Below are positions 28,007 to 36,199 of a stretch of 41,679 nt of DNA, piece after piece. Source of the DNA: Actinomycetota bacterium (lineage in GTDB: Bacteria > Acidobacteriota > Terriglobia > Terriglobales > Acidobacteriaceae). Location: positions 1 to 41,679 of the forward strand of contig JBLMYN010000552.1 of NCBI GenBank assembly GCA_050258305.1. The letters are read 5' to 3'. The translations under genes were made by a program, and so were the position numbers. The notes under the pieces are model-generated. The model was given only the letters and a program-made list of their open reading frames with translations, made no database searches and was not told the DNA's origin. Each line of letters begins with the position of its first letter. Positions within the stretch are counted from its first letter, which is position 1.

Positions 28007-30807
28007 GGAGAAGTATAGCGATGAGTTGCATAGAGCACAGAAAATTCCCGCGCAAGCTAAAAGGCCTCGCCTACGCAGAACGACCTTCGGATTCCCGCGG
28101 TTACGCGCTGATCATGGTGTTATTGCTCGTTTTACTGTTGTCAGCAGTTACGCTCGGACTCTTCGTGATGGTCCAGACTGAAACTCGCGTCGGAGGCGGC
28201 GATACCCAGAACACCGTCGCATTCCATGCCGCAGAAGGAGCGGTTGAGAAGATGACCGCCGATCTGGCGACACAACTGGCAAACCGGCAGGCGCCCACCG
28301 TTGCTGACATTGCGGGGTTGAATAGCCTCAAGCCGGCAAACACTCCCGGAGTCACTTACAAAAACTATACTTTTACGCCCCAGATTGACCCCGCCACAGG
28401 AGGCCTGGTCTCAAAATTCGGTGTCATCAGCAGCGGGCCGAACGCAGGTTTGTTCGCCCAGCTGATACCCATCCAGCTCTCCGCTACGGTACAGACAGGG
28501 CTCGGGGCAGAAGCAACAGTGATGCGGAATGTTGAAATCGCGATGATTCCTGTCTTCCAGTTTGGTGTGTTTTCACAAAGCGACCTGGGATTCTTCAGCA
28601 GCCCGGACCTGACCTTTGCGGGCAGAGTTCACACCAACGGCGATCTCTATCTCGGTGTATCCAACGCAGCCACAATCGGGTTTGAGGACAAGATCAGTGC
28701 CTACGGCAACATCATCCGCGCGGTGCTTCCGAATGGCTTGTCCTCAGCAGGGAACAACAACAGTGGGCGGGTGTACGTACTTTCAGCAGCAGGAGGCTGC
28801 AATAACTTTAATCCGCTTGCACCTGGGGGGCCGAATTGCAAAACCATAGCTCTGAATGAAGGCAGCGTCGTAGGCGGTCCGAACTCGGCCCAAAATACAA
28901 ATCCTAGCTGGCTCAATACCTCGCAGGTTAAGTTCAACAGCTGGATTATTGACGGGAACAATGGCCAGCCCGGGGGAACTGGCGCCGTACAACTGACGCT
29001 TCCCTTCACCGGCACAGATCCCAACAATCCTGGAGCACAACCCGCCCAGCCGTTTGAAATCATCCGCCGCCCGCCGGCCGGAGAAGACCCAAACGGCCCA
29101 ACCGGACAGGCTCGTCTGGCCAATGAGGCCGCGATCAGGGTCCTGTTGAGCGATACGCCGCAGGAAAACCATCTGGATGGATCAGGGGTCGACGGCGAGG
29201 ACGTGCAGCTTGTGAGCCAGGTTCCTTCCAGCCTGCAAGGCTTATATACACCTCCCGGCGGAGCCACGACGTTGCAAAACGGCGTAGCTGTCGGCAGCAA
29301 TACATACTACTTCGGCGAGGCAAATACTAACTGCGGCGCTGGCAGATGCGATGCTGATTATGTCACGCCCCTGACTTATCACGGGCAAAGCGTCCCCGGA
29401 GGCACGCAGGAATGGCCAATGATCGATGGCTGGCTGCGGGTGGAATACAGGGACGCCGCGGGACTCTGGCATCCCATCACGAATGAGTGGCTGGCCCTGG
29501 GATTTTCTCGCGGAGTGACTCCCCCCGTTACAGCGGGAACGAATCAGGTAAATCCGAATGCGATCCTGGTGTTCCAGCAACAAGCCACCACAGGTCTCGC
29601 CACCAGCGGCAATGGTTCGCAGTACAACTGGCTTCCCATCAACTTCTATGATGCGCGCGAAGGAGAAATTCGAGACGCAGGCTCCTCATCGACAAGCTGC
29701 GCTCCTAATGGCGTAATGAATGCGGTTGAACTGGATGTAGGCAACCTGAGGCGCTGGTTCCAGGACCCTGCCGGTAGCGGCCCTAGCGTAGACTTTCAGA
29801 AAGAGAATGGATATATCCTCTATTTCTCTGATCGTCGCGGCATGCTGCCCAATCCCAACAATGGAAATAAAATCCAAGGTGAGTATGGCTTTGAGGACAC
29901 AATCAATGCCGCCAGCCTATCCGGCACAGTAGACGGCGTGCTGGAGCCACCCACCAGTGTGTGCCCGCCGACAAACCCGTTGTCGCGACCACCATCCCCG
30001 GAAGACGTGAACGGCAATTGTGTCCTGGACAACTATGGGGCGACAAACGTCGGGGATGCTTTTGGCATTAACACGAATACAAATCCACCGAATCCCTATT
30101 CGCCTCGCATCGGCACCTGCTCGAAGACCGGCAGGAAGAATCGGGTAACCGGAGCTCGCCACGTATTGAAGCTGGTGGATGGCACGCTGGGCAATCTTCC
30201 CACGCGTCCTGATGGTACGGGTGGTTTCACGGTCGCCGCGGAAAATCCTGTTTACATCCTTGGCGATTACAACACCAATGCCGCAGATACCACCTGGAAC
30301 AATCCTCCGGTGGAACAGGCACATGCTGCGGCGGCGATCATCGCCGACGCAGTGACGCTCTTGTCGAACAACTGGACCGACCAGAACAGCTTCACGGCGC
30401 CCGCAAGCGCCACATCGCGCCCTGCCGCAACCACGTACTACAGGACTGCGATCGCAGCGGGCAAGAACCTCACCTTCCCTGCCCCGAACTGGATCAGCGG
30501 CAACCAGTTCGCGTACGGCACGGATGGCGGAGTTCACAATTTCTTGCGTTTCCTGGAAAACTGGACAGGTCAGACTTTGAACTACAAGGGCTCAATGGTG
30601 AGTCTCTTCTATTCGACGTATGACACCGGCGTGTTCAAGTGCTGTAACAACGCCGTGTATCACCCGCCAAACCGCGTATACAAGTTCGACACGCTCTTCA
30701 CCACGCCCGAGGGGCTTCCTCCGGGTACCCCGATGTTCCGGGACGTGGATAACCTGAGTTATCGCCAGGACTTCACACCGGATGCTCAGCCGGGGCCAAC
30801 CTTCTAG
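28003..30807 (+). CDS. Very large GspK/PilX_N-like pseudopilin-associated protein
   Basis: N-terminus RGYALIMVLLLVLLLSAVTLGLFVMVQTETRVG is the PilX_N/GspK style, a hydrophobic helix without the Glu5 pilin motif. A Gly/Asn/Pro/Thr-rich extracellular region of about 870 aa follows. It is the last gene of the pseudopilin operon. Confidence 0.75.
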   Translation: MRRSIAMSCIEHRKFPRKLKGLAYAERPSDSRGYALIMVLLLVLLLSAVTLGLFVMVQTETRVGGGDTQNTVAFHAAEGAVEKMTADLATQLANRQAPTVADIAGLNSLKPANTPGVTYKNYTFTPQIDPATGGLVSKFGVISSGPNAGLFAQLIPIQLSATVQTGLGAEATVMRNVEIAMIPVFQFGVFSQSDLGFFSSPDLTFAGRVHTNGDLYLGVSNAATIGFEDKISAYGNIIRAVLPNGLSSAGNNNSGRVYVLSAAGGCNNFNPLAPGGPNCKTIALNEGSVVGGPNSAQNTNPSWLNTSQVKFNSWIIDGNNGQPGGTGAVQLTLPFTGTDPNNPGAQPAQPFEIIRRPPAGEDPNGPTGQARLANEAAIRVLLSDTPQENHLDGSGVDGEDVQLVSQVPSSLQGLYTPPGGATTLQNGVAVGSNTYYFGEANTNCGAGRCDADYVTPLTYHGQSVPGGTQEWPMIDGWLRVEYRDAAGLWHPITNEWLALGFSRGVTPPVTAGTNQVNPNAILVFQQQATTGLATSGNGSQYNWLPINFYDAREGEIRDAGSSSTSCAPNGVMNAVELDVGNLRRWFQDPAGSGPSVDFQKENGYILYFSDRRGMLPNPNNGNKIQGEYGFEDTINAASLSGTVDGVLEPPTSVCPPTNPLSRPPSPEDVNGNCVLDNYGATNVGDAFGINTNTNPPNPYSPRIGTCSKTGRKNRVTGARHVLKLVDGTLGNLPTRPDGTGGFTVAAENPVYILGDYNTNAADTTWNNPPVEQAHAAAAIIADAVTLLSNNWTDQNSFTAPASATSRPAATTYYRTAIAAGKNLTFPAPNWISGNQFAYGTDGGVHNFLRFLENWTGQTLNYKGSMVSLFYSTYDTGVFKCCNNAVYHPPNRVYKFDTLFTTPEGLPPGTPMFRDVDNLSYRQDFTPDAQPGPTF

Positions 30808-30828
30808 GACTCAGTATGGATTTGAGAT

Positions 30829-30875
30829 GGCGGCCGGCAACGGCCGCGGCCGGCAACGGCCGCCTCTCAATTTTT
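30829..30875 (+). terminator. Rho-independent terminator of the pseudopilin operon
   Basis: GGCGGCCG...CGGCCGCC GC-rich stem built from a tandem 16-nt repeat (GGCCGGCAACGGCCGC twice), followed by TCTCAATTTTT. Confidence 0.7.
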
Positions 30876-30887
30876 GGAAGGATTGGA

Positions 30888-31850
30888 TTATTCTGCTGCC
30901 AATGCCGCTCTTGTCTGAACCATGATTGTGGCAGCGAGCACCGCGGCAATGCCGACCACCTGCACCGGGATCAGAACTTCACCCACAAAACTCACCGCAA
31001 ACAGAATCGCAAATACCGGCTCAAGGCAACTGGCGATGATCGCCCGGGTGGGATCCAGATATTTGAGCCCCGTGAAATAGAAGAAATACGGCAACAGCGT
31101 GGAGAGGCACGCGAACAGAAACAGGAAACTCCATTGCGACCCCGTGAAATGCTCGGCAATAAGGCGTCCGGGAGGGTTAAGGATGAGCCATAGCATGGAG
31201 GCTGCCAGCAACGCGTAAAACATGACTTTAAACTGATGATTCCGGCTGACCAGTGCCTGGGCGACAATGTTGTAAAACGCATACGAGAAGGAAGCAATGA
31301 TTCCGGCCAATACGCCAACGGCCTTCAGATTCAGGCCGGAGTGCAAGACATTAATAGCCAGTGCAGTTCCAAACATCGCCAACACAACCGCCGCAACGCG
31401 GCGAACAGTAAACCGATCCCGGCCCCGGAGCACCATGGTGATCAGCACCCAGACAGGAGCTGTGTATTGCAGCGTGATGGCAATTGCTACTGATGCCTTC
31501 TGGATGGATAAGTAATAGAAATAGTTCGAGCCGGCCAGGCCAAGAGTGCCGGTGAGGATGCAAAGCAGGAGATCGCGACGGGAAATACGAAAGAAAGCCG
31601 GTCCGAAGCGAAACAGCATCAGCACGGCAAGCACCGTTACTGCGAATGTTGTACGCGCTTGCGAGAGGACAAGCGGCGAGATGAGAGCGCGTCCGGCAAA
31701 AACCCGGCCGTTGAAGATGGCTTTACCAACGGTTGCGGCTGCGCCCCAACAGAAGGTGGCTGCGGCGATGTAAAAGTACCCCCGCCAGGCATGTGAAAGC
31801 CGATCGCCGCTGCGGGGGCTGGTCTGTTCTTCGGTAGCGCTAGTCGGCAA
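30888..31850 (-). CDS. DMT superfamily (EamA-like) transporter
   Basis: Ten predicted TM helices with the two EamA halves. The TTG start at 31850 overlaps the end of the glutaredoxin-like gene by 11 nt, and no upstream ATG is available. Confidence 0.85.
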   Translation of the reverse strand: MPTSATEEQTSPRSGDRLSHAWRGYFYIAAATFCWGAAATVGKAIFNGRVFAGRALISPLVLSQARTTFAVTVLAVLMLFRFGPAFFRISRRDLLLCILTGTLGLAGSNYFYYLSIQKASVAIAITLQYTAPVWVLITMVLRGRDRFTVRRVAAVVLAMFGTALAINVLHSGLNLKAVGVLAGIIASFSYAFYNIVAQALVSRNHQFKVMFYALLAASMLWLILNPPGRLIAEHFTGSQWSFLFLFACLSTLLPYFFYFTGLKYLDPTRAIIASCLEPVFAILFAVSFVGEVLIPVQVVGIAAVLAATIMVQTRAALAAE

Positions 31851-32079
31851 GCAACTGGTCCAGCCGGTCAGGATCGAATCCGATCATGACCTGGTCGCCA
31901 ACGACAATGGTGGGTGTGGAACGGCTTTTGTAGGTTCGAACCAGTTCGAAGACGGCCTGCTGGTCCATGCTGACGTCCTTTACTTCAAACGGAATCCCTT
32001 TCTCCGAAAGGTAGGCCTTGGCCCAGGAGCATGGCGGTCAACCGGGCGAGCTGTAAACTACCACTTTCTTCCCTGTCAT
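31840..32079 (-). CDS. Glutaredoxin-like (YruB-type) protein with in-frame TGA at the active site; putative selenoprotein (UPPC)
   Basis: Absent from the ORF track because TGA (32038-32040) interrupts it. Manual translation: MTGKKVVVYSSPG-[TGA]-PPCSWAKAYLSEKGIPFEVKDVSMDQQAVFELVRTYKSRSTPTIVVGDQVMIGFDPDRLDQLLAD*. It shows a full thioredoxin-fold pattern (beta1 KVVVYS, CxxC position, cis-Pro TPTIVV, GFD). RBS is AGGGGGAAAG before the ATG at 32079. Confidence 0.65.
31997..32029 (-). promoter_or_regulatory. Candidate bacterial SECIS stem-loop(s) 3' of the UGA
   Basis: The mRNA reads UGA-CCGCCAUG-CUCC-UGGGC[CAAG]GCCUA-CCUUUC-GGAG. This gives a lower stem CUCC/GGAG and an upper stem UGGGC/GCCUA with a tetraloop about 17-20 nt from the UGA. 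An alternative hairpin is CCUUU-CGGAG-AAAGG. These were folded by eye only. Confidence 0.35.
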
Positions 32080-32125
32080 CTTTCCCCCTGTGACATAAGA
32101 TTCCATTCCCCAGGCTCCAGCTTCA

Positions 32126-32569
32126 CTATTTCGCGGGCTCGGGGACGTTCGGAGCCGTGTTTTCCGCGGCCAACAAGCGAATTTCCGTAGTAATCTTCGC
32201 GGTGCTTCTGAGCATGGCCGCCACCCCGCAATATTTCTCTTCAGAAAGACGAACCGCGTCTTCGGCGGCCTTTCGCGATACGGGGCCTGAAATGTTAAAT
32301 ATCAGGTGAATGGAAGTATAGACGGTAGGTGGCTGTTGAGCACGTTCCGCCTCGGCGTATACCTCCACGGCTGTAAAAGGTTCGCGCTTTTTGTGCAGGA
32401 TCGAAACCACGTCGGTCGCGGTGCAGCCGCACAGGCCCATGAGAACGAACTCCATGGGACCGGATGCGGTATTCCGGTCACGATCGGAATCGATGACCGT
32501 TGCATGTCCACTGCTGGCGATGGCCGCAAAGCGCTCCCCGTCAATCCATTTAACTTTGGCTTCAACCAT
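32126..32569 (-). CDS. OsmC family peroxiredoxin/hydroperoxide reductase
   Basis: Conserved OsmC Cys pair (MGLCGCTATD and EKYCGVAAML). 147 aa. Confidence 0.9.
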   Translation of the reverse strand: MVEAKVKWIDGERFAAIASSGHATVIDSDRDRNTASGPMEFVLMGLCGCTATDVVSILHKKREPFTAVEVYAEAERAQQPPTVYTSIHLIFNISGPVSRKAAEDAVRLSEEKYCGVAAMLRSTAKITTEIRLLAAENTAPNVPEPAK

Positions 32570-32772
32570 AGGGCTCCAAAAACGCCATTAGAATAGCAGG
32601 ACGGCGCCGGCTGCTCGAAATCGAGATTACCACTCCCGGCCGCCTTCGTCTGAACCTGTGAACGAGCATTAGACATCGCCCTGGCAGAATTCCCAACCAA
32701 AAAAACGTGGAAGAAATCTTCAAATTCGCGCAATGGAGAATAGGAGCAAAAGCCGGAGCAGCGGGCGATACC

Positions 32773-33345
32773 ATGGCGGAATTCGTGAAGGATGACCAGG
32801 AGTTGCTCCAGCAGCTCGCCAGGGGGAACGAAAAGGCCTTCAAAGCGTTCTATGACCGCTACCAGGGCCCGATCTTCCGGTTCGCCCTGCATATGAGCGG
32901 AAACAGAGCAACAGCCGAGGAGACGACCCAGGAAGTGTTCACCCGGATCATTACAAATTCGAAGGGCTACGACGCGGCCCGGGGCTCGGTAGGCAGTTAC
33001 CTCTTTGGCATTGCGCGAAACATTACGCGGAGGGCGATTCAGGACGTCAGCGGCGAACAGGCGCTCGAAGAAGAGGCGCTGGACCAGGATGAATTTGCGG
33101 TCGCTGCCGGGTTGGACGTCCTTCAGGACCTGACCAACGGCGAACTGGTTGCAACCCTGCGGGCAGCGGTACTACGGTTGCCGCAGCAGTACCGGGAGGC
33201 TGTGGTGCTCTGCGACCTGGAAGAATTGAGTTATCAGCAGGCGGCGGAACTGCTGCAATGTTCGCCGGGAACGGTGGCATCGCGCGTACACCGCGGGCGC
33301 AAACTCCTGAAGAAAAAGCTGAGCTGTGAAAAATGCGTGAAATAG
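32773..33345 (+). CDS. ECF (sigma-70 family group 4) RNA polymerase sigma factor
   Basis: Region 2 (FKAFYDRYQGPIFRFALHMSGNRATAEETTQEVF) and region 4 HTH (LSYQQAAELLQCSPGTVASRVHRGRKLL). The start is placed at MAEFVKDDQELL. The track ORF begins 66 nt earlier. Confidence 0.9.
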   Translation: MAEFVKDDQELLQQLARGNEKAFKAFYDRYQGPIFRFALHMSGNRATAEETTQEVFTRIITNSKGYDAARGSVGSYLFGIARNITRRAIQDVSGEQALEEEALDQDEFAVAAGLDVLQDLTNGELVATLRAAVLRLPQQYREAVVLCDLEELSYQQAAELLQCSPGTVASRVHRGRKLLKKKLSCEKCVK

Positions 33346-33917
33346 ATCCAATTCGTGAGCCGTCGGAAGCTCTGCTCTCAGCCGCGCTGCGCCGCCTGGC
33401 ATCAGCCGGAGACAGCAAGGCACCCGCTGAGGTTGAAAGAGCGCTGCTGGATAGATTCCACCACCACCATCGCCGCAGGCGAGATATGAGACTGATTGCC
33501 GCGACAGCAATTGCCGCCTGCCTGATCGCCGTCGCTTTGCTGCTCAACACGCAGCCTGTCCGGGATGCTCATAAATCAGCGAAAGTGGTGGCTCAGCCGG
33601 GCAAGGGCGCGCCGGCAGAAGTTCTAGGGAGGCCCAGTGTGGCGGCAGGAAAAGCCTTGGTTCATCCCAGCCCGGCCCACCCCTGGGCAGCGCAACACGC
33701 ACGGGTCGTTGGCGAAGCGGATGGATTCGTCCCTCTTCCCAGCTACGATCCCGCCACCTCCAGCGGAGAGCTTCAAGTGGTGAGGGTTGAGCTCCCGGAG
33801 TCAGACTTGCGCATGCTGGGCGCGCCGATTGCCGGATATCTCTCGGACCAGCCTGTGACTGTCGACTTCATTGCCGACCGCGACGGTACGCCGTACGCAG
33901 TGCGGTTGGTTCAGTAA
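33333..33917 (+). CDS. Putative single-pass anti-sigma factor
   Basis: 13-nt overlap with the sigma gene. Short cytoplasmic N-terminus, an HHHHRRRR tract, one TM helix (LIAATAIAACLIAVALLL) and a periplasmic C-domain. No zf-HC2 motif, so the assignment rests on context. Confidence 0.55.
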   Translation: MREIDPIREPSEALLSAALRRLASAGDSKAPAEVERALLDRFHHHHRRRRDMRLIAATAIAACLIAVALLLNTQPVRDAHKSAKVVAQPGKGAPAEVLGRPSVAAGKALVHPSPAHPWAAQHARVVGEADGFVPLPSYDPATSSGELQVVRVELPESDLRMLGAPIAGYLSDQPVTVDFIADRDGTPYAVRLVQ

Positions 33918-33942
33918 AACGATTTGTCAAGGAGAACTGCTT

Positions 33943-34761
33943 ATGAAAATGCTGCATCTTGCCGCCGCCGGGTTCCTGGCATTCACCGGCCTGGCACTCG
34001 CTCAACAATCCCCAGCTCCTGAAGCGGGGGAGCCGGTCATCCTGATGGACGCACCAGCCCGCGGCACGTTCCTTTTTGTCGGGCGGATGGATCGCAAAGT
34101 TGTAAAAGGCGCCCCCTATAGCGCAACAGCGACAACAGAGACCACCCAGGTGCTGGCCGATGGGAACCGAATTGTGCACAAGCAGAGCGGGTTTGTTGCC
34201 CGAGACAGTGAAGGCCGCACCCGTCGCGAACAAGTCCTGGACAGAATGGGACCGCTTCAGGTGAATGGATCCAAAATGGTTTTCATTCATGATCCTGTTG
34301 CCCACGCCACCTACATGCTGAACCCTGAAAAGCAAACGGCGCGCGTGATGAAGTCGGAGGCAAAGTCGGGCATGAATATGACGCGGATGCGCGCAAGAAT
34401 GCAGAAGTTGCGGGAAGGGGTGGCCTCAAAGGAACAAGGCGAAGTAAAAACCGAATCGCTGGGCACCCAGGAAATTAACGGCATAGCCGCAGAAGGCAAG
34501 CGGGTCACACGTACCATCCCGGCCGGCGCAATCGGGAATGAACAGCCCATCCAGATCACGCTCGAAACCTGGACTTCGCCGGATTTGCAAACCGTCGTAC
34601 TGCAGAAACGCAACGATCCGCGGTTGGGCGAGACCGTGTTTCAGTTGACCAACATCAAGCAGGGTGAACCGGGTGCGTCACTCTTTCAGGTGCCGAGCGG
34701 CTACAAGCAGGTTGAAGGGCCCATGCGGATGATGATGAAGATGCACGCCCCGCCGCAGTAG
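33943..34761 (+). CDS. Secreted protein of unknown function with Met-rich motifs
   Basis: AAGGAGAA RBS and signal peptide MKMLHLAAAGFLAFTGLALAQQ. Third gene of the ECF module. It contains GMNMTRMRARM and the C-terminal MRMMMKMH. Confidence 0.7.
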   Translation: MKMLHLAAAGFLAFTGLALAQQSPAPEAGEPVILMDAPARGTFLFVGRMDRKVVKGAPYSATATTETTQVLADGNRIVHKQSGFVARDSEGRTRREQVLDRMGPLQVNGSKMVFIHDPVAHATYMLNPEKQTARVMKSEAKSGMNMTRMRARMQKLREGVASKEQGEVKTESLGTQEINGIAAEGKRVTRTIPAGAIGNEQPIQITLETWTSPDLQTVVLQKRNDPRLGETVFQLTNIKQGEPGASLFQVPSGYKQVEGPMRMMMKMHAPPQ

Positions 34762-34801
34762 AAGGCGCGTTTCTCTTTGCCTGTCCCTGTTTGTGAGACG
34801 A

Positions 34802-34831
34802 CCCATGGCCGGCAGCATTTCCGGCCATGGG
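34802..34831 (+). terminator. Strong hairpin after the ECF module
   Basis: Perfect 11-bp stem CCCATGGCCGG/CCGGCCATGGG with an 8-nt loop, 40 nt after the stop codon. There is no clean U-tract (GTTCGACCTT follows). Confidence 0.5.
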
Positions 34832-34984
34832 GTTCGACCTTAGATGGATAGGGTATCTATCGTAATTCGATCTATCTAATCCTGAGCCAGATGAACTGCC
34901 GCACAATGCACATGTTCGCGCAACTTGGCGTCCACGTTATGGAACGGGGATTGTTAGGATTGGCAGTCAAGTTGAGCGCTGCTG

Positions 34985-35245
34985 ATGTCCGCTGTCACCT
35001 ATCATACCGGCCAGCCAGTCCCCCAGAGTGGTATCTATCGAGTCATCCACGCCGCACACCGTTTGCCGCACGCCGTCACCATCTGCAAGGGTGAGCATTT
35101 CCCACGGTGTGCGCGATGCGCGGATTCAGTCACGTTTCAGTTGATCCGCGCGGCCGAATGCCCATTCAGTTACGAGCCGCTGCATGTTTACGAGTTGCAT
35201 CCCGTTGAGGATGATCAATTGTCAGGTGCAGTTCCCGACTCGTAA
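34985..35245 (+). CDS. Small Cys-containing hypothetical protein
   Basis: 86 aa. GIYRVIHAAHRLPHAVTICKGEHFPRCARCADSVTFQLI carries C-x9-C-x2-C. No strong RBS was seen. Confidence 0.45.
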   Translation: MSAVTYHTGQPVPQSGIYRVIHAAHRLPHAVTICKGEHFPRCARCADSVTFQLIRAAECPFSYEPLHVYELHPVEDDQLSGAVPDS

Positions 35246-35408
35246 CCGACAGCGCCTGCCGCTGATGCTGCCAGGGGAAAGACGCACCGGATGCGAATGG
35301 TGAACGAACCTTTCTTGACAAAAATCCAGGCCACCTGAATCCAGCAGCTCGCATCGCAAAAATGGAATTATCAGCACACAACCATTGTGATGCCCGAGGA
35401 GGACCCTC

Positions 35409-35606
35409 ATGACTCTGCAATGTCCTATCTGCCATGTCGATTTCATTCGCGAGGTGCTGGAGGATTTTGAGGTCCACGCAACGCGAGATCAAAATAACGA
35501 CTCGCGCGTAGGAGGTCTTCAAGTGCTTACCTGCAGCAATGGGCATATATTCTTTATTCGGAAATCAGACCTTTGCGTGCAACGCGGAACTGGAGCGGCG
35601 GCATAG
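35409..35606 (+). CDS. Small zinc-ribbon-like hypothetical protein
   Basis: 65 aa with CPIC...CSNGH. A strong GAGGAGG RBS lies 6 nt upstream of the ATG. Confidence 0.5.
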   Translation: MTLQCPICHVDFIREVLEDFEVHATRDQNNDSRVGGLQVLTCSNGHIFFIRKSDLCVQRGTGAAA

Positions 35607-35635
35607 GCTCCAAATCTGGAACTCTCTGCCTTCCA

Positions 35636-36004
35636 TTACTGCTGGATGACTAGTTTATCCACGATCCTGCGGCTATCGGCGTACGCTCGGGCGATTTGCA
35701 GAGCCATCTCATGCTGCACTATGCCTGTGACTGACCCGGTAAGAGTGATGTCCTGGTCATCCACCGTCGTCTTGATGTCTGATCCACGATACGCAGGATT
35801 TTTATTGTCCAAAGCTTTCTGAATTGCTTCCTGGACGTCTTTACTGGACGATTCGTGCTTGCTGGGCTTCCTGGTATCGGGTGCATTCACATTTCCCGGA
35901 TCATGGCTCCGCGGCGCCTGCCCTGGAATATCCATCGGCTGCTGGCCAAAGACCAGAGCAGAGCAAAGCATTAGTAACATGGGCAGCCTCTTAAACATAA
36001 GCAT
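35636..36004 (-). CDS. Secreted BON-domain protein
   Basis: Signal peptide (LPMLLMLCSALVFGQQ) and one BON domain (IKTTVDDQDITLTGSVTGIVQHEMALQIARAYADSRRIVDKLVI). The second ATG (35998) has better spacing to AAGAGG. Confidence 0.8.
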   Translation of the reverse strand: MLMFKRLPMLLMLCSALVFGQQPMDIPGQAPRSHDPGNVNAPDTRKPSKHESSSKDVQEAIQKALDNKNPAYRGSDIKTTVDDQDITLTGSVTGIVQHEMALQIARAYADSRRIVDKLVIQQ

Positions 36005-36160
36005 CCTCTTACATTTTTTGATGAGCAGAATGGATTTATGGTTTGGCCGGACTGGCGAAGCACGAAGCCGCGCTTTTACCAGCCGCCCAACGGCAAAGGA
36101 AGTGTTGAACAGACTGATTTTCGAGGTCCTTTGCGCGTCAGAGAAACCCTTTTGGGAGGC

Positions 36161-36199
36161 AAAAAAACCAGGACCAAGGGCTTCCAGGTCCTTGGTCCT
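36161..36199 (-). terminator. Canonical rho-independent terminator
   Basis: Minus strand reads AGGACCAAGG-(10-nt loop)-CCTTGGTCCT-GG-TTTTTTT. The 10-bp perfect stem can extend by 2 bp, and a 7-U tract follows. Confidence 0.8.

Noticed and set aside
32302-32892. 196-aa minus-strand ORF spanning the OsmC gene and the divergent promoter
   Set aside because: It is out of frame with OsmC, runs through the ECF sigma start region, and has no recognisable domain. OsmC and the ECF sigma explain the coding signal.
35315-35343. Perfect TTGACA -35 hexamer upstream of the 65-aa zinc-ribbon ORF
   Set aside because: The sequence 17 nt downstream is AATCCA, a poor -10 with about 2 of 6 matches. It was not called as a promoter.
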